The notes under the pieces: model-generated
What the model was told of the DNA's origin: nothing
What the model saw: only the letters and a program-made list of their open reading frames with translations
Databases searched by the model: none
In this document: positions 8,567 to 18,039 of the stretch, in pieces
How the letters are laid out: the number at the start of each line of letters is the position of its first letter
Position numbering within the stretch: the stretch's first letter is position 1
Program-made: the position numbers and the translations under genes
DNA from: an uncultured Bryobacter sp.
GTDB lineage: Bacteria; Acidobacteriota; Terriglobia; Bryobacterales; Bryobacteraceae
Direction: 5' to 3'
Assembly: GCA_964387685.1 (NCBI GenBank)
Contig: CAYLXK010000024.1
Location: forward strand, 7,149-71,148
DNA length: 64,000 nucleotides

Positions 8567-10453
8567 ATGGCGCTTATGCTTCGACTCGCAATCTTGCTCT
8601 CGCTGCCGGCATTCGTGGCCTTCTCTCAGCCGATGACCCCGCAGGCCCAAGCCGAGTACGTGAAGGCGAACTACACCAAATACGAGTACCGCGTGCCCAT
8701 GCGCGACGGCAAGAAGCTCTTCACCTCCGTCTATGTCCCCAAGGACGGCGCTAAAAGCTATCCCTTTCTGCTCACCCGCACGCCTTACTCTTGCGCCCCC
8801 TACGGCGCCGATAAATACCGCTCTTCTCTAGGGCCAAATGAGCAGTTCCTCAAAAGCGGCTACATTTTCGTCTGCCAGGACGTCCGCGGTCGCTACTTAA
8901 GCGAGGGGGAATTCGTCGAAATGACGCCGCATAAAGCCGTCAAACGCAGCCCTCAGGATATCGACGAGTCCTCCGATACCTACGACACCATTGATTGGCT
9001 GCTGAAGCATGTCCCTGGCAACAACGGCCGCACGGGTATTCTCGGAATCTCTTACCCCGGCTTCTATGCCGCCGCCGGCATGATCGACGCTCACCCGGCG
9101 CTGAAGGCCGCTAGCCCCCAAGCGCCGATTGTCGACCTCTTCCTAGGCGATGACGGCTACCATAACGGGGCGTTTTTCCTGACCGCCAACTTTGGCTTCT
9201 ATGCTTTCTTTGGCAAGAAGAAAACCGAACCGGAACTGCCCGACCCCGGCGCCAAGCGCTTCAGCTTCAATACTCCCGACGGCTATGATTTCTATCGCAA
9301 CCTTGGGCCGCTGGCCAATGCCGACGAAAAATACTTCAAGCGCGAAAGCGAGTACTGGACCGATCTGCTCACCCACACCACCTACGACGACTTCTGGAAG
9401 GCCCGCGGCCTCGCCCAACACGTCAAGAACATCAAACCCGCCGTTTTAACCGTGGGTGGCTGGTTCGATGCCGAAGACTTGCATGGCCCTTTGCGTTTAG
9501 ACCGCGCGCTGGACTCGCAAAGCCCCTCCACGCCCCACACTCTGGTGATGGGCCCGTGGGTGCACGGCGGTTGGGCGCGTGGGGACGGGGACCGGCTTGG
9601 CGCTGTTTCCTTCAATCTCAAGGCCTCACCCTGGTTTCGCGAAAAAGTCGAGTTTCCCTTTTTCGAACATCATTTGAAGGAGAAGCCAGATCCCAAGCTC
9701 GCTCGCGCCTACGCCTTTGAAACAGGCACCAACCGCTGGCGCAGTTTTTCCCAGTGGCCCCCCAAAGCCGAACCGCGAAAACTGTATTTCCGCGCCGGCG
9801 GAAAGCTAAGCCTCGATCCTCCGGCCGCTGGCGAGGCGTCCTACGACGAATATGTCGCCGACCCCAACAAGCCCGTCCCCTTTGTCGGCTACACCACGCT
9901 CGGCATGGCGCAGGAGTATATGGTTAGCGATCAACGCTTCGCCTCCTCGCGCCCCGACGTCCTTAGCTATGTCAGCGACGTCCTGACCGAAGATTGGGTG
10001 GTTGCCGGGCCCGTCCTGCCCAAACTGCACCTTTCGTCCACCGGCACCGATTCCGACTTCGTCGTTAAACTGATCGACGTCTACCCGGACGACCTGCCGG
10101 ACCCGAACCCCAACCCCAGCGGCGTGCGGCCTGGCGGCTACCAACAACTGGTGCGCGGAGAGCCCTTCCGCGCCAAGTTCCGCGATGGATTTGAAACGCC
10201 CAAGCCTCTCCAGCCCTCTCAACCCTTCACGCTCGATTTCTCCCTCCCGGATATCTGCCATGTTTTTCGCCGTGGGCACCGGGTGATGGTCCAGGTGCAA
10301 AGCTCCTGGTTTCCGCTCGCGGACCGGAACCCTCAAAAGTTTGGGGACATCCCCAATATGAAAGCCGCCGATTTCCAAAAAGCGACCCAGCGGCTCTTCC
10401 ATGAGGCCGCCCGCCCCAGCCACCTTGTCCTGCAGTCCAATCCCCTGGAATAA
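8567..10453 (+). CDS. CocE/NonD-family hydrolase (S15 X-Pro dipeptidyl-peptidase-like), secreted
   Basis: About 628 aa. Signal MALMLRLAILLSLPAFVAFSQ. GISYPGFYA nucleophile-elbow context. C-terminal beta-sandwich region typical of PepX_C. Confidence 0.8.
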   Translation: MALMLRLAILLSLPAFVAFSQPMTPQAQAEYVKANYTKYEYRVPMRDGKKLFTSVYVPKDGAKSYPFLLTRTPYSCAPYGADKYRSSLGPNEQFLKSGYIFVCQDVRGRYLSEGEFVEMTPHKAVKRSPQDIDESSDTYDTIDWLLKHVPGNNGRTGILGISYPGFYAAAGMIDAHPALKAASPQAPIVDLFLGDDGYHNGAFFLTANFGFYAFFGKKKTEPELPDPGAKRFSFNTPDGYDFYRNLGPLANADEKYFKRESEYWTDLLTHTTYDDFWKARGLAQHVKNIKPAVLTVGGWFDAEDLHGPLRLDRALDSQSPSTPHTLVMGPWVHGGWARGDGDRLGAVSFNLKASPWFREKVEFPFFEHHLKEKPDPKLARAYAFETGTNRWRSFSQWPPKAEPRKLYFRAGGKLSLDPPAAGEASYDEYVADPNKPVPFVGYTTLGMAQEYMVSDQRFASSRPDVLSYVSDVLTEDWVVAGPVLPKLHLSSTGTDSDFVVKLIDVYPDDLPDPNPNPSGVRPGGYQQLVRGEPFRAKFRDGFETPKPLQPSQPFTLDFSLPDICHVFRRGHRVMVQVQSSWFPLADRNPQKFGDIPNMKAADFQKATQRLFHEAARPSHLVLQSNPLE

Positions 10454-10471
10454 ATAATAGCTTCCAAGCAA

Positions 10472-10497
10472 AAGGCCGCTCCCGGTGGAGCGGCCTT
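10472..10497. terminator. Bidirectional hairpin between convergent peptidase and csp genes
   Basis: AAGGCCGCTCC-cggt-GGAGCGGCCTT, a perfect 11-bp stem with a 4-nt loop. No long T-run. Confidence 0.5.
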
Positions 10498-10528
10498 GGC
10501 CTTCGATTTGGAAGTAGCGGCGCTGGGC

Positions 10529-10732
10529 TTAGGCGCGCATCACGTTTTCGGCCATCAGTCCTTTAGGGCCTTGCTTGACCTCAAACTCGACATCGACGCC
10601 TTCGTCGAGCGAACGGTATCCGTTCATGCTAATCGCCGAGAAATGCACAAATACATCCTCGCCCGTGGAACGCTGTATGAAGCCGAAGCCCTTGGCGTTG
10701 TTGAACCACTTCACTTTACCTTTTTCTTTCAC
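10529..10732 (-). CDS. Cold-shock protein (CspA family)
   Basis: [17 protein letters not shown]...DVFVHFSAI carries the RNP1/RNP2 motifs. GTG start at 10732 lies 7-8 nt downstream of AGGAGA and gives the canonical 67 aa. The longer ORF to 10822 has no csp-like sequence. Confidence 0.9.
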   Translation of the reverse strand: MKEKGKVKWFNNAKGFGFIQRSTGEDVFVHFSAISMNGYRSLDEGVDVEFEVKQGPKGLMAENVMRA

Positions 10733-10859
10733 TTCTGATTCTCCTGACTGCGCGGCTACTCTTGGGAGGGGAGTGCCGCCAAAACTTCGCTTGATTCTCT
10801 CAAACTCTTTTTTTCTACGCAATAAAAAATTGCATCAATATTTGTAAGGCTAATGAGTT

Positions 10860-11528
10860 TCAATCTTTCTCGATGGCGATGAAATAGCGAAATGAGGGAA
10901 AATGCCATTCGATGGTAGCGCGGGGCAGGTAGCCCGCCGCTCGAAGAAGGCATTTTAATTCCGGGCGCGTCCATCCTGCGGCCACGCTTAGCATCCCGTC
11001 GGAAACCGTCATCGGATGCCACCCCAGCAGCCAGCGCGTCAGGGGTAGGAACCAGTAAGAAAGTGGATGCCGATGTAAGTCCTGAATCAGCACCAGGCGA
11101 CGCGCCACGCGATGCATTTCCAACAGCAGTTCCCGGCAGGCTTCATCGGAAAAGTGATGCAAAAATAACGAGCAATGCACCACGTCGCAGGAACGGTCCG
11201 CAAAGGGCAGCCGAAAGGCGTCCGCCGCAATTTTCGGCGCGTCGGCTTCTCGCAGGTGGTCCGGGTTGAGATCGAGCACCATAGCCCGCGCCTCGGGAAA
11301 GCGTTGGCCCACACTACGGGACAAATCCCCAGAGGCCCCGCCCACGTCCAGAAATGAAAAGCCGGCCGAGGCGGGGAAGTACCCGGCCAGCAAGCTTCCC
11401 AGCTTCCAGCGTGCGCCCGTCCAGGAGTTGATGCGGCGGATATCCCTTAGATTCCGGGCCACTTCCTCAGCCGGGGCAGACGCCAAGGCTTCGGTGCTAA
11501 GTCTTCGGGTACGCAAACTCCTGATCAT
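10860..11528 (-). CDS. Class I SAM-dependent methyltransferase
   Basis: Motif [12 protein letters not shown]. Motif post-I MVLDLNP. FLHHF region. Confidence 0.75.
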   Translation of the reverse strand: MIRSLRTRRLSTEALASAPAEEVARNLRDIRRINSWTGARWKLGSLLAGYFPASAGFSFLDVGGASGDLSRSVGQRFPEARAMVLDLNPDHLREADAPKIAADAFRLPFADRSCDVVHCSLFLHHFSDEACRELLLEMHRVARRLVLIQDLHRHPLSYWFLPLTRWLLGWHPMTVSDGMLSVAAGWTRPELKCLLRAAGYLPRATIEWHFPSFRYFIAIEKD

Positions 11529-11595
11529 CTCATTGATGCGGACCCGGTGTCCGCTTCATGCCACACTGGCCCTTATGGACTTTTTGGCAGGCAAC

Positions 11596-12177
11596 ATGGG
11601 GTGGATCGAGGTGATCTGCGGCCCCATGTTCTCCGGCAAGAGCGAAGAATTGATTCGCCGCCTGCGCCGGGCGATGATCGCACGCAAGCGCGTGCAAGTC
11701 TTTAAGCCGTGCCTGGACACGCGCTACTCCGTGGATGAAATTGTCAGTCATAGCGAAATGCGCCTTCCTTCCACGGTGGTGGGCGGCGCCAGCGAGATTC
11801 TCACCCACCTCGATTGGCGCACCCAGGTGGTGGGCGTGGACGAGGCCAACTTTATCGGTCCGGGCCTGGTTGAAGTTGCCAACCAACTGGCCGATGGCGG
11901 AAAACGGGTCATCGTTGCCGGCCTCGATACAGATTATCTGGGCCGTCCTTTCCCTCCCATACCGGATTTGCTCGCTATGGCGGAAAGCATCACCAAAACG
12001 CTCGCCATATGCATGCGCTGTGGTAATCCTGCAAAACAGACGCAACGCTTGTTCGACAGCGGGGATCTAATCGTGGTAGGAGCGGGCGGCCTTTATGAAG
12101 CCCGCTGCCGGGCTTGCTTTGAAGCCGGCGTGCCCCGCCAGGAGTTTTTGCCTTTCGTGCGGGAAATGCACGGTTAA
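11596..12177 (+). CDS. tdk: Thymidine kinase
   Basis: [22 protein letters not shown] (P-loop), VGVDEANF, and zinc ribbon CMRCG...ARCRAC. The long N-terminal ORF extension from 11266 is antisense to the methyltransferase and was discarded. ATG 11575 is an alternative start. Confidence 0.9.
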   Translation: MGWIEVICGPMFSGKSEELIRRLRRAMIARKRVQVFKPCLDTRYSVDEIVSHSEMRLPSTVVGGASEILTHLDWRTQVVGVDEANFIGPGLVEVANQLADGGKRVIVAGLDTDYLGRPFPPIPDLLAMAESITKTLAICMRCGNPAKQTQRLFDSGDLIVVGAGGLYEARCRACFEAGVPRQEFLPFVREMHG

Positions 12178-12231
12178 GGCCCGGGCGCTTCCAGTTTTGT
12201 TAGAGTAGCCAACGAGGAGAATACGAGTAGA

Positions 12232-13113
12232 ATGTCAGAGAACCAATTTGGTCAGGCCCCGCAAGAGGGCGAAGGAGGCGGATTGAAGATCGCGATTTTG
12301 TTCGGGGCGGTGATCGCCCTTTTAGCGTCCAACGTTTACATGTTTATCCAGTTGGATAAGATGCGCGGCGAAATGGACACCGTCCAGAGATCGCTGGAAG
12401 AGAAGCTGACCGACGTGCGCCAGACCGCGCAGGCCAGCACGCAGACGAGCCGCCGCAATATCGAGTCCATGCAGGAACAGTTGGAAACGGCCCGCCGTCA
12501 GGCGGCCATGGCCGTGGGCCAAGCCAAGGTGGAAGCCGATCAAAAGGTAACCGATATGGCTCGCCGTCTGCAGACCGAGCAGCAGAAAACCAAGGAACAG
12601 CTCTCGACGGAAATCCAGCAAAAGACAGCCGAAGTTTCCGCCGCCGCCGACACCAAGATCGGCGAAGTGAAAACGGAAGTATCTACGGTCAAGTCGGAAG
12701 TTTCCAACACCAAGTCGGAGTTGGACAAGACGATTGCGGACTTAAAGACCGTCCGCGGCGACCTCGGCATGCAAAGCGGGCTGATTGCCACCAACGGCAG
12801 CGAATTGCAAGCCCTGAAGCGCCTGGGCGAACGCAATTACTATGAATTCAACCTCGGCAAGACCAAGCAGCCTCAACGCATCGGCGACATCATGGTCCAG
12901 TTGAAGAAAACGGACATGAAACGCAACCGCTATACCGTCGAGGTGACAGTGGACGACAAGCGCATCGAGAAGAAAGACAAGACGACTAACGAGCCCGTTC
13001 AGTTCCTTACTTCCAAGGCCCGCCAACCCTACGAATTCGTGGTGAACGAAGTTAAGAAAGACGTGATCGTTGGATACCTCGCCACGCCCAAAGTAATGGA
13101 ACCCCGCAAATAG
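12232..13113 (+). CDS. Membrane-anchored coiled-coil protein, function unknown
   Basis: 293 aa. One TM helix (LKIAILFGAVIALLASNVYMFI), then about 150 aa of Q/E/K-rich heptad-like sequence and a C-terminal globular region. Confidence 0.5.
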   Translation: MSENQFGQAPQEGEGGGLKIAILFGAVIALLASNVYMFIQLDKMRGEMDTVQRSLEEKLTDVRQTAQASTQTSRRNIESMQEQLETARRQAAMAVGQAKVEADQKVTDMARRLQTEQQKTKEQLSTEIQQKTAEVSAAADTKIGEVKTEVSTVKSEVSNTKSELDKTIADLKTVRGDLGMQSGLIATNGSELQALKRLGERNYYEFNLGKTKQPQRIGDIMVQLKKTDMKRNRYTVEVTVDDKRIEKKDKTTNEPVQFLTSKARQPYEFVVNEVKKDVIVGYLATPKVMEPRK

Positions 13114-13140
13114 CGCTGGGAAAAAATTCCTCATTTGGAA

Positions 13141-13178
13141 CGCCACGGCCCCACCCAGGGCGGTGGCGTTTTTCTTTG
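13141..13178 (+). terminator. Intrinsic terminator after the coiled-coil gene
   Basis: CGCCAC...(loop)...GTGGCG stem followed by TTTTTCTTT. Confidence 0.5.
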
Positions 13179-13342
13179 TAGAGAAGAATAGTTCGCCTCA
13201 TTTCCCGTTCGATGACACATCCGCGTGTCGAAAATGCGCGTTCTCTAGTGAGGGTGCTGATGCCAAAGCCGAGGCGATTCCTCGCCGTATCCTTTGGCCA
13301 TCCAATTGCATCCAACAGGTAACTAGTCGAGGCTAGTCAAAA

Positions 13343-13663
13343 ATGTCAGTAAAGGTCTTAGTTCGCTCGCTTCCTATCCAGCGCCTGGAATTCGCCTGGG
13401 GAGACGACTTTATGGAGGCGTTCCGGCTGGTGGTGCACTTATTAAAACCGGCCTCTGCGGCGGCGTTCCTGCTTGCTCTCTGGCGGTTTGGCGCTGACCT
13501 TGGGTGGTCGTCTGACTTTCTGGTGGCGGAAGGGCTTTTTTCCCGCTGGCAGATTTGGCTGGGCTTGGGTTTTGCCATGATCGGCATGCAGCAGACGCTA
13601 GAGAAGCGCCTGGAAACGGCTCCCGAGTACGATTCCACCGCGGCCTTGCGGGTACGAAAATAA
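13343..13663 (+). CDS. Hypothetical small membrane protein
   Basis: 106 aa with two hydrophobic segments (AAAFLLALWRFGADLGW, IWLGLGFAMIGM). No recognisable family. Confidence 0.3.
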   Translation: MSVKVLVRSLPIQRLEFAWGDDFMEAFRLVVHLLKPASAAAFLLALWRFGADLGWSSDFLVAEGLFSRWQIWLGLGFAMIGMQQTLEKRLETAPEYDSTAALRVRK

Positions 13664-13702
13664 AGTAATCCGGTGGTGGCCCCCGGTCATCCTCACGCCT
13701 GA

Positions 13703-14731
13703 ATGCGTTACATTCCTTTCTTGCGGGGCCAGTTAGCCGGGCGCCTCCCCCAAATCGTGAACGAGCGCGAAGAGGCAGCGCTAGAACTTTTTGGATTTTC
13801 TGAGTACATTGTCGATCCCTCTCCCGCGCACATCGACAAGATCAATGAGTTAGCGGAAAAGATAATCCGATCCCAACAAACCAAAGATCCGATCGTGGAT
13901 TTTCGCGTGGAGGGCCACGCCGATGTGCCGCTTAAGGTTCCCATCGAGGAACGGAAGCAGTTTGCGGAAGAAATTAGCACGGACCGGGCGGATAACGCTT
14001 TTTTGATGTTGGTAGAAGCGCTGAAGCAAAAGGGTGGTGAGGCCGCTGCCAAGCGCATTGCCAAGTACTCTAAGGCCTTTGGTATGGGTTTCCAACACCT
14101 GAAAGTGAAGGGAGCCTTCACCGAAGAGCAGTTTGCGATGAACCGGCGGGTGGTCTTTTTCACCCGCCGGGTAACAGTGATTCCCCCTCCCCCGGAGCCC
14201 GCCCCTCCGGCGCCCTCGATTGTCGAGGAGCGATTCAGCGTCCGCCTCTTGAAGGCCGTCAACCTTACCGTGGGAGCCTTGCATGTCCTTGAATCTTTCA
14301 CTCTGGGCGCCCATCTCGAAGTCACGGACTTGATCGACAAAAAGAAAGCAACGTTCCATGTGCTGGCAACCGGAGGTGGCTTCTCCGTTGGACCGGGAAG
14401 GGCGGGTGGACAGGCTACCTTTTCGCCCGGGCCCGCCGTGAAGTTCAAAGTATTTCGCTTGCTAGGGTCGGGCCGCCCCAACATCAACCTGAAGAGCTTT
14501 GAGGGCGCCGTGACGGTATTCGTGGATTGGGGCGCCGGTGCTGGCACGGTGAGTCAAGGCGGTACACTGTCTTTTTCTTTTGACGCTCTTGAAACCGCGG
14601 GCTGCAATACACAACCGCAGGTCATTCCGCTCCCAGGCGGTTCCGATAGCCACTCCACTCCCTCCGCCGGCCTCGGCGATGTACTTCCCTTGGGGCGCAT
14701 GACCATGATCGGGGAGCCGACTTCGATTTAG
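13703..14731 (+). CDS. OmpA/MotB-like (peptidoglycan-binding type) domain protein with unknown beta-rich C-terminal domain
   Basis: FRVEGHADV...STDRADNAFLMLVEAL...AMNRRVVFF matches the OmpA_C-like pattern (GHTD...RA...NRRV). PPPPEPAPPAP linker. The 170-aa Gly/Ser/Thr-rich C-terminus is unassigned. No signal peptide seen. Confidence 0.5.
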   Translation: MRYIPFLRGQLAGRLPQIVNEREEAALELFGFSEYIVDPSPAHIDKINELAEKIIRSQQTKDPIVDFRVEGHADVPLKVPIEERKQFAEEISTDRADNAFLMLVEALKQKGGEAAAKRIAKYSKAFGMGFQHLKVKGAFTEEQFAMNRRVVFFTRRVTVIPPPPEPAPPAPSIVEERFSVRLLKAVNLTVGALHVLESFTLGAHLEVTDLIDKKKATFHVLATGGGFSVGPGRAGGQATFSPGPAVKFKVFRLLGSGRPNINLKSFEGAVTVFVDWGAGAGTVSQGGTLSFSFDALETAGCNTQPQVIPLPGGSDSHSTPSAGLGDVLPLGRMTMIGEPTSI

Positions 14732-14772
14732 GGGCCCTTCTCTCAAGCTTTGTTAGACTGCAAATAGAATCT

Positions 14773-15564
14773 ATGCGTTATTCAGCCGGAGGGCCCGCTT
14801 ATGTTAGCTCCGGATTCTCCGTTCCCCGGGGCGTCAAATGGCTGATGATCGTAAACGTGGCCTTCTTCCTGGCCTACTTCTTTGCGGACCTGTGGCGCTG
14901 GGACGCGCTTTTCGCACCCTTCCAGTTGGTTCCTTCCGATACCGTAGAGCGCCTCCACATCTGGCAACCCTTCACCTACCTGTTTCTGCACGATCCGCGC
15001 GGCGTCAGCCACATCCTTTTGAACATGTTAATGCTCTTCTTTGTGGGGAAGACCTTGGAGGAAACCTGGGGACTGGAAAAGTTCCTCCGTTTCTACTTCC
15101 TTTGCGGCATCGGCGCGGCCTTCTGTGTGATTGTCGTCGGATATCTCATTGGAGAGAAGAACGTCCCCACCATCGGCGCTAGCGGCGCGATCTTTGGCCT
15201 CTTGCTGGCCTTTGGCATGCTCTTTCCCGACGCCACCATCCTCTTCGGCATGGTCTTTCCCATCAAGGCAAAATACGCTGTGATGATTCTGGGCGCCATC
15301 GCTTTTCTGGGAACCCTAAAGGGAGGAGGAGCCATTAGCCACATCGCCCACCTTGGGGGGATGCTCTGCGGCTTTCTGGTTTTGCGCGCCGATCGCGACC
15401 CGTTGCGGGGCCCTCGTCGCGCGTCTTCGAGTGGCCTTTCCCTTAGCCGTCGCGTGCAGGATTTTTGGGCGGACCTCAAGATGCGCCGCGCTAAGCGCAA
15501 GTTTGAGGTCTACATGAATCGGCAAAACAAGCAAAACCGCGGCGGCGGTCCGTACGTCAACTGA
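14773..15564 (+). CDS. Rhomboid-family intramembrane serine protease
   Basis: GASGAIFGLL catalytic Ser motif, HLGGML catalytic His, and WQPFTYLFLH. Confidence 0.85.
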   Translation: MRYSAGGPAYVSSGFSVPRGVKWLMIVNVAFFLAYFFADLWRWDALFAPFQLVPSDTVERLHIWQPFTYLFLHDPRGVSHILLNMLMLFFVGKTLEETWGLEKFLRFYFLCGIGAAFCVIVVGYLIGEKNVPTIGASGAIFGLLLAFGMLFPDATILFGMVFPIKAKYAVMILGAIAFLGTLKGGGAISHIAHLGGMLCGFLVLRADRDPLRGPRRASSSGLSLSRRVQDFWADLKMRRAKRKFEVYMNRQNKQNRGGGPYVN

Positions 15565-15596
15565 GATAGAGTTGCATTTGTGGCAGCTATGCTACG

Positions 15597-16796
15597 GTGA
15601 TCGGCAGGTATAACGTGCTTTCTCGCATTCCATTTCGGATTCATTCCTTCTTTGCTTTGCTCCTGACGGCGGCCTTCACTACATCGGCTTTGCTGTTCTT
15701 CTTCCCGGCCATCGAAGCCTCCGCGCAGGGCCCGAAGAAAGAAGGATCCGAGACCGTCGCGCGGCCGCGCAAGAAGGGCGCCGCGGGCGAGCCCGCCCCC
15801 GAGCCCGAACAGCCAAAAATCCCTTCCAAGCTCAACAAGAAGGGTCAGGTTGAATTGCCCGAGGGCGTACCCACTTTTCGCTCCGACGCGCTGAGCGTCA
15901 ATGTCGATGTGGCCGTCATCGACAACAAGGGCCGCTTCATCCCCAATATCCCGCCTGGCAACTTTCGCATCATCGAGGACGCCGTACCGCAAAAGGTTTC
16001 CAACTTCGCCATGGGTGAAGCTCCCATGACGGTTTGCATGGTCATCGAGTTCTCTAATCTTTACCAGCAGTACTGGAGTTCCGGTTGGTATGAAACCCTG
16101 CAAGCCAGCTATGGCTTCCTGGAGACCCTCAAGCCGGAAGACTACGTGGCCGTGGTCGCCTACGACCTCCGCCCCGAAATCTTAAGCGATTTCTCCGCCG
16201 ATAAGCGCAAGGCCCAGGAGGCCATGGCACGCTTGCGTATTGCCGCTTTCAGCGAATCGAATCTCTACGACGCGCTGACCGATACGGTGGACCGCATGAG
16301 CGAGATCGAAGGACGCAAAGCCGTCGTGCTGATCGCCTCCGGTATCGATACCTTTTCCCGGCAAACCTTCGATCAGGCCCGCAAAAAGATCCAGGCCGCC
16401 GGCGTGCCCATCTACGCCGTAGGAATCATGCAGGCTCTCCGCGAATGGCTGGACTCCCGCGGCGCCATGGGACCCATTGCTCGTCTGGACTTTCTCCAGG
16501 CCGACAACCAGATGCGCACCTTCGCCAAGGAGAGCGGCGGCATGAGCTTCTTCCCCCGTTTCTTCGGAGAGTTCCCCGGCATCTATGGCGCGATTCACCA
16601 GGCTCTGCGCAATCAGTATTCGCTCACTTACTCCCCAACCAATCAGGCCCGCGACGGCAAGTTTCGTAAGATCAAGGTGGAACTGATCAACCCGGAAACG
16701 AACGAACCGCTCCGCATCGTCGACGAAAAGAATAAGCCCATCAAATACCAGATCGTTGCCAAGATGGGCTACAACGCTCCGCGCGAAGTGGAATAA
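15597..16796 (+). CDS. VWA-domain protein (acidobacterial VWFA-related type), secreted or anchored
   Basis: 399 aa. N-terminal hydrophobic helix. VWA core (TVCMVIEFSN..., AVVLIASGIDT). A domain layout common in Acidobacteria. Confidence 0.7.
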   Translation: MIGRYNVLSRIPFRIHSFFALLLTAAFTTSALLFFFPAIEASAQGPKKEGSETVARPRKKGAAGEPAPEPEQPKIPSKLNKKGQVELPEGVPTFRSDALSVNVDVAVIDNKGRFIPNIPPGNFRIIEDAVPQKVSNFAMGEAPMTVCMVIEFSNLYQQYWSSGWYETLQASYGFLETLKPEDYVAVVAYDLRPEILSDFSADKRKAQEAMARLRIAAFSESNLYDALTDTVDRMSEIEGRKAVVLIASGIDTFSRQTFDQARKKIQAAGVPIYAVGIMQALREWLDSRGAMGPIARLDFLQADNQMRTFAKESGGMSFFPRFFGEFPGIYGAIHQALRNQYSLTYSPTNQARDGKFRKIKVELINPETNEPLRIVDEKNKPIKYQIVAKMGYNAPREVE

Positions 16797-16814
16797 AGGC
16801 GCTACTCTCGGGAA

Positions 16815-17430
16815 CATGGGATCTCTTCCGACCGTCGTGTTCGAAACTCTCCCTGCCACTTACACGCCCCAACTGGCCACTCAGAATCTGTTCCTCTTAA
16901 CGGTGGAACAGTACCAGGCTATGGGCCGCGCCGGCTTGCTGCCGGAAGACAGCAGCATCGAGCTCCTTAGGGGGATCTTGGTAAATCGTATTCCTACAGG
17001 ACCAGAACATGCCTATCTGGTGGGACGCATTGCCCGCCTGCTTGAGTCCCTGATTTCCTCAAGTTGGTCGGTCCGGCAGCAAGCGCCACTTGCTCTCTCC
17101 GGCAGTGAGCCTGTGCCCGATGTCCTCATCTTGCGCGGCCCAGACAATTCCTATCGTCACCGGCTTCCGAGCCGCGAGGACACAGTACTCGTTATCGAGG
17201 TCTCCGACTCGTCCCTCGCCCGCGACCTAGGCCTGAATTCCCGAATTTATGCCGAAGAAGGCATTGCGCAATACCTGGTTGTGCACATCGAAGAAAAGGC
17301 CCTCACCCACTTCCGCGAGCCTAGCCCGGACGGCTATCGTCGCATCGTCAAATATGCACTAAACGACGAGATCGCCCTCGATTTCGAAGGCGAGCCGCAT
17401 TGTCTGTCCGTCGAGCGCTTCTTCGAGTGA
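16815..17430 (+). CDS. Uma2-family (DUF820) putative endonuclease
   Basis: ELLRGILVNRIP, PVPDVLILRG and VLVIEVSDSS form a PD-(D/E)xK-like core. Start trimmed to ATG 16815. Confidence 0.7.
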
Positions 17431-17541
17431 GGTGTGCGCAAAGCGCGCCCTCGCTGTCAAGCAAAACATCTCCCACATATTGAATCTCATAGCGGCCCAT
17501 TGACGCCGCATTTTTCTCTCTGCTACCTTGACGAAGTTCAC

Positions 17542-18003
17542 ATGCCAACTTCTCCGTCTGCCGCAAAGCCAACGCGGGCTTTCATACTCCTGGTAGACGA
17601 TCACAAACACGGGCTCGCGGCCCGTCGCTCTCTACTGGAAGAACTCGGTCACACCGTCGTTACCGCCTCGAATGGACAGGCTGCTTTGGAACTGGCCGGC
17701 GCGCAAACCTTCGACCTTGTGGTCACCGATTGGAAGATGCCGAAGATGGACGGCTTAGAACTCATACGCCAATTGCGCGCGCAAGATTTCCTGTCGCCCA
17801 TCATCCTGATCTCCGGCTTTGCCGACGGCGTGGGCCTCGAGGAGGGGCGCACCGGCGCCGACGCCATTTTGCAGAAAAGCGCCAGCGAAGTTCCGCAATT
17901 GCTTAACGCCGTCAAACGGCTGCTGAACAAGAAGCCGCCTCGCAAGTCCGCTTCCAGTCAGGCGGCTCTCAAAGCGGTACGGCCGAAGAGCAAGACCTCC
18001 TAA
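17542..18003 (+). CDS. Stand-alone response-regulator receiver (CheY-like)
   Basis: ILLVDDHKHG, DLVVTDWKMPKMDG (phospho-acceptor Asp) and ILISGF. No output domain. Confidence 0.8.
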   Translation: MPTSPSAAKPTRAFILLVDDHKHGLAARRSLLEELGHTVVTASNGQAALELAGAQTFDLVVTDWKMPKMDGLELIRQLRAQDFLSPIILISGFADGVGLEEGRTGADAILQKSASEVPQLLNAVKRLLNKKPPRKSASSQAALKAVRPKSKTS

Positions 18004-18039
18004 GCGCGTCCCATCCGGTATTGGATGCACAATTAGAAC

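Noticed and set aside
10733-10859. Longer 97-aa form of the cold-shock gene, and a specific -35/-10 promoter call in the AT-rich leader.
   Set aside because: The extra 30 residues have no Csp similarity, and a GTG with a good AGGAGA RBS gives the canonical 67 aa. Several TTGA../TA...T hexamer pairs are possible in the AT-rich stretch, and none is clearly superior by eye.
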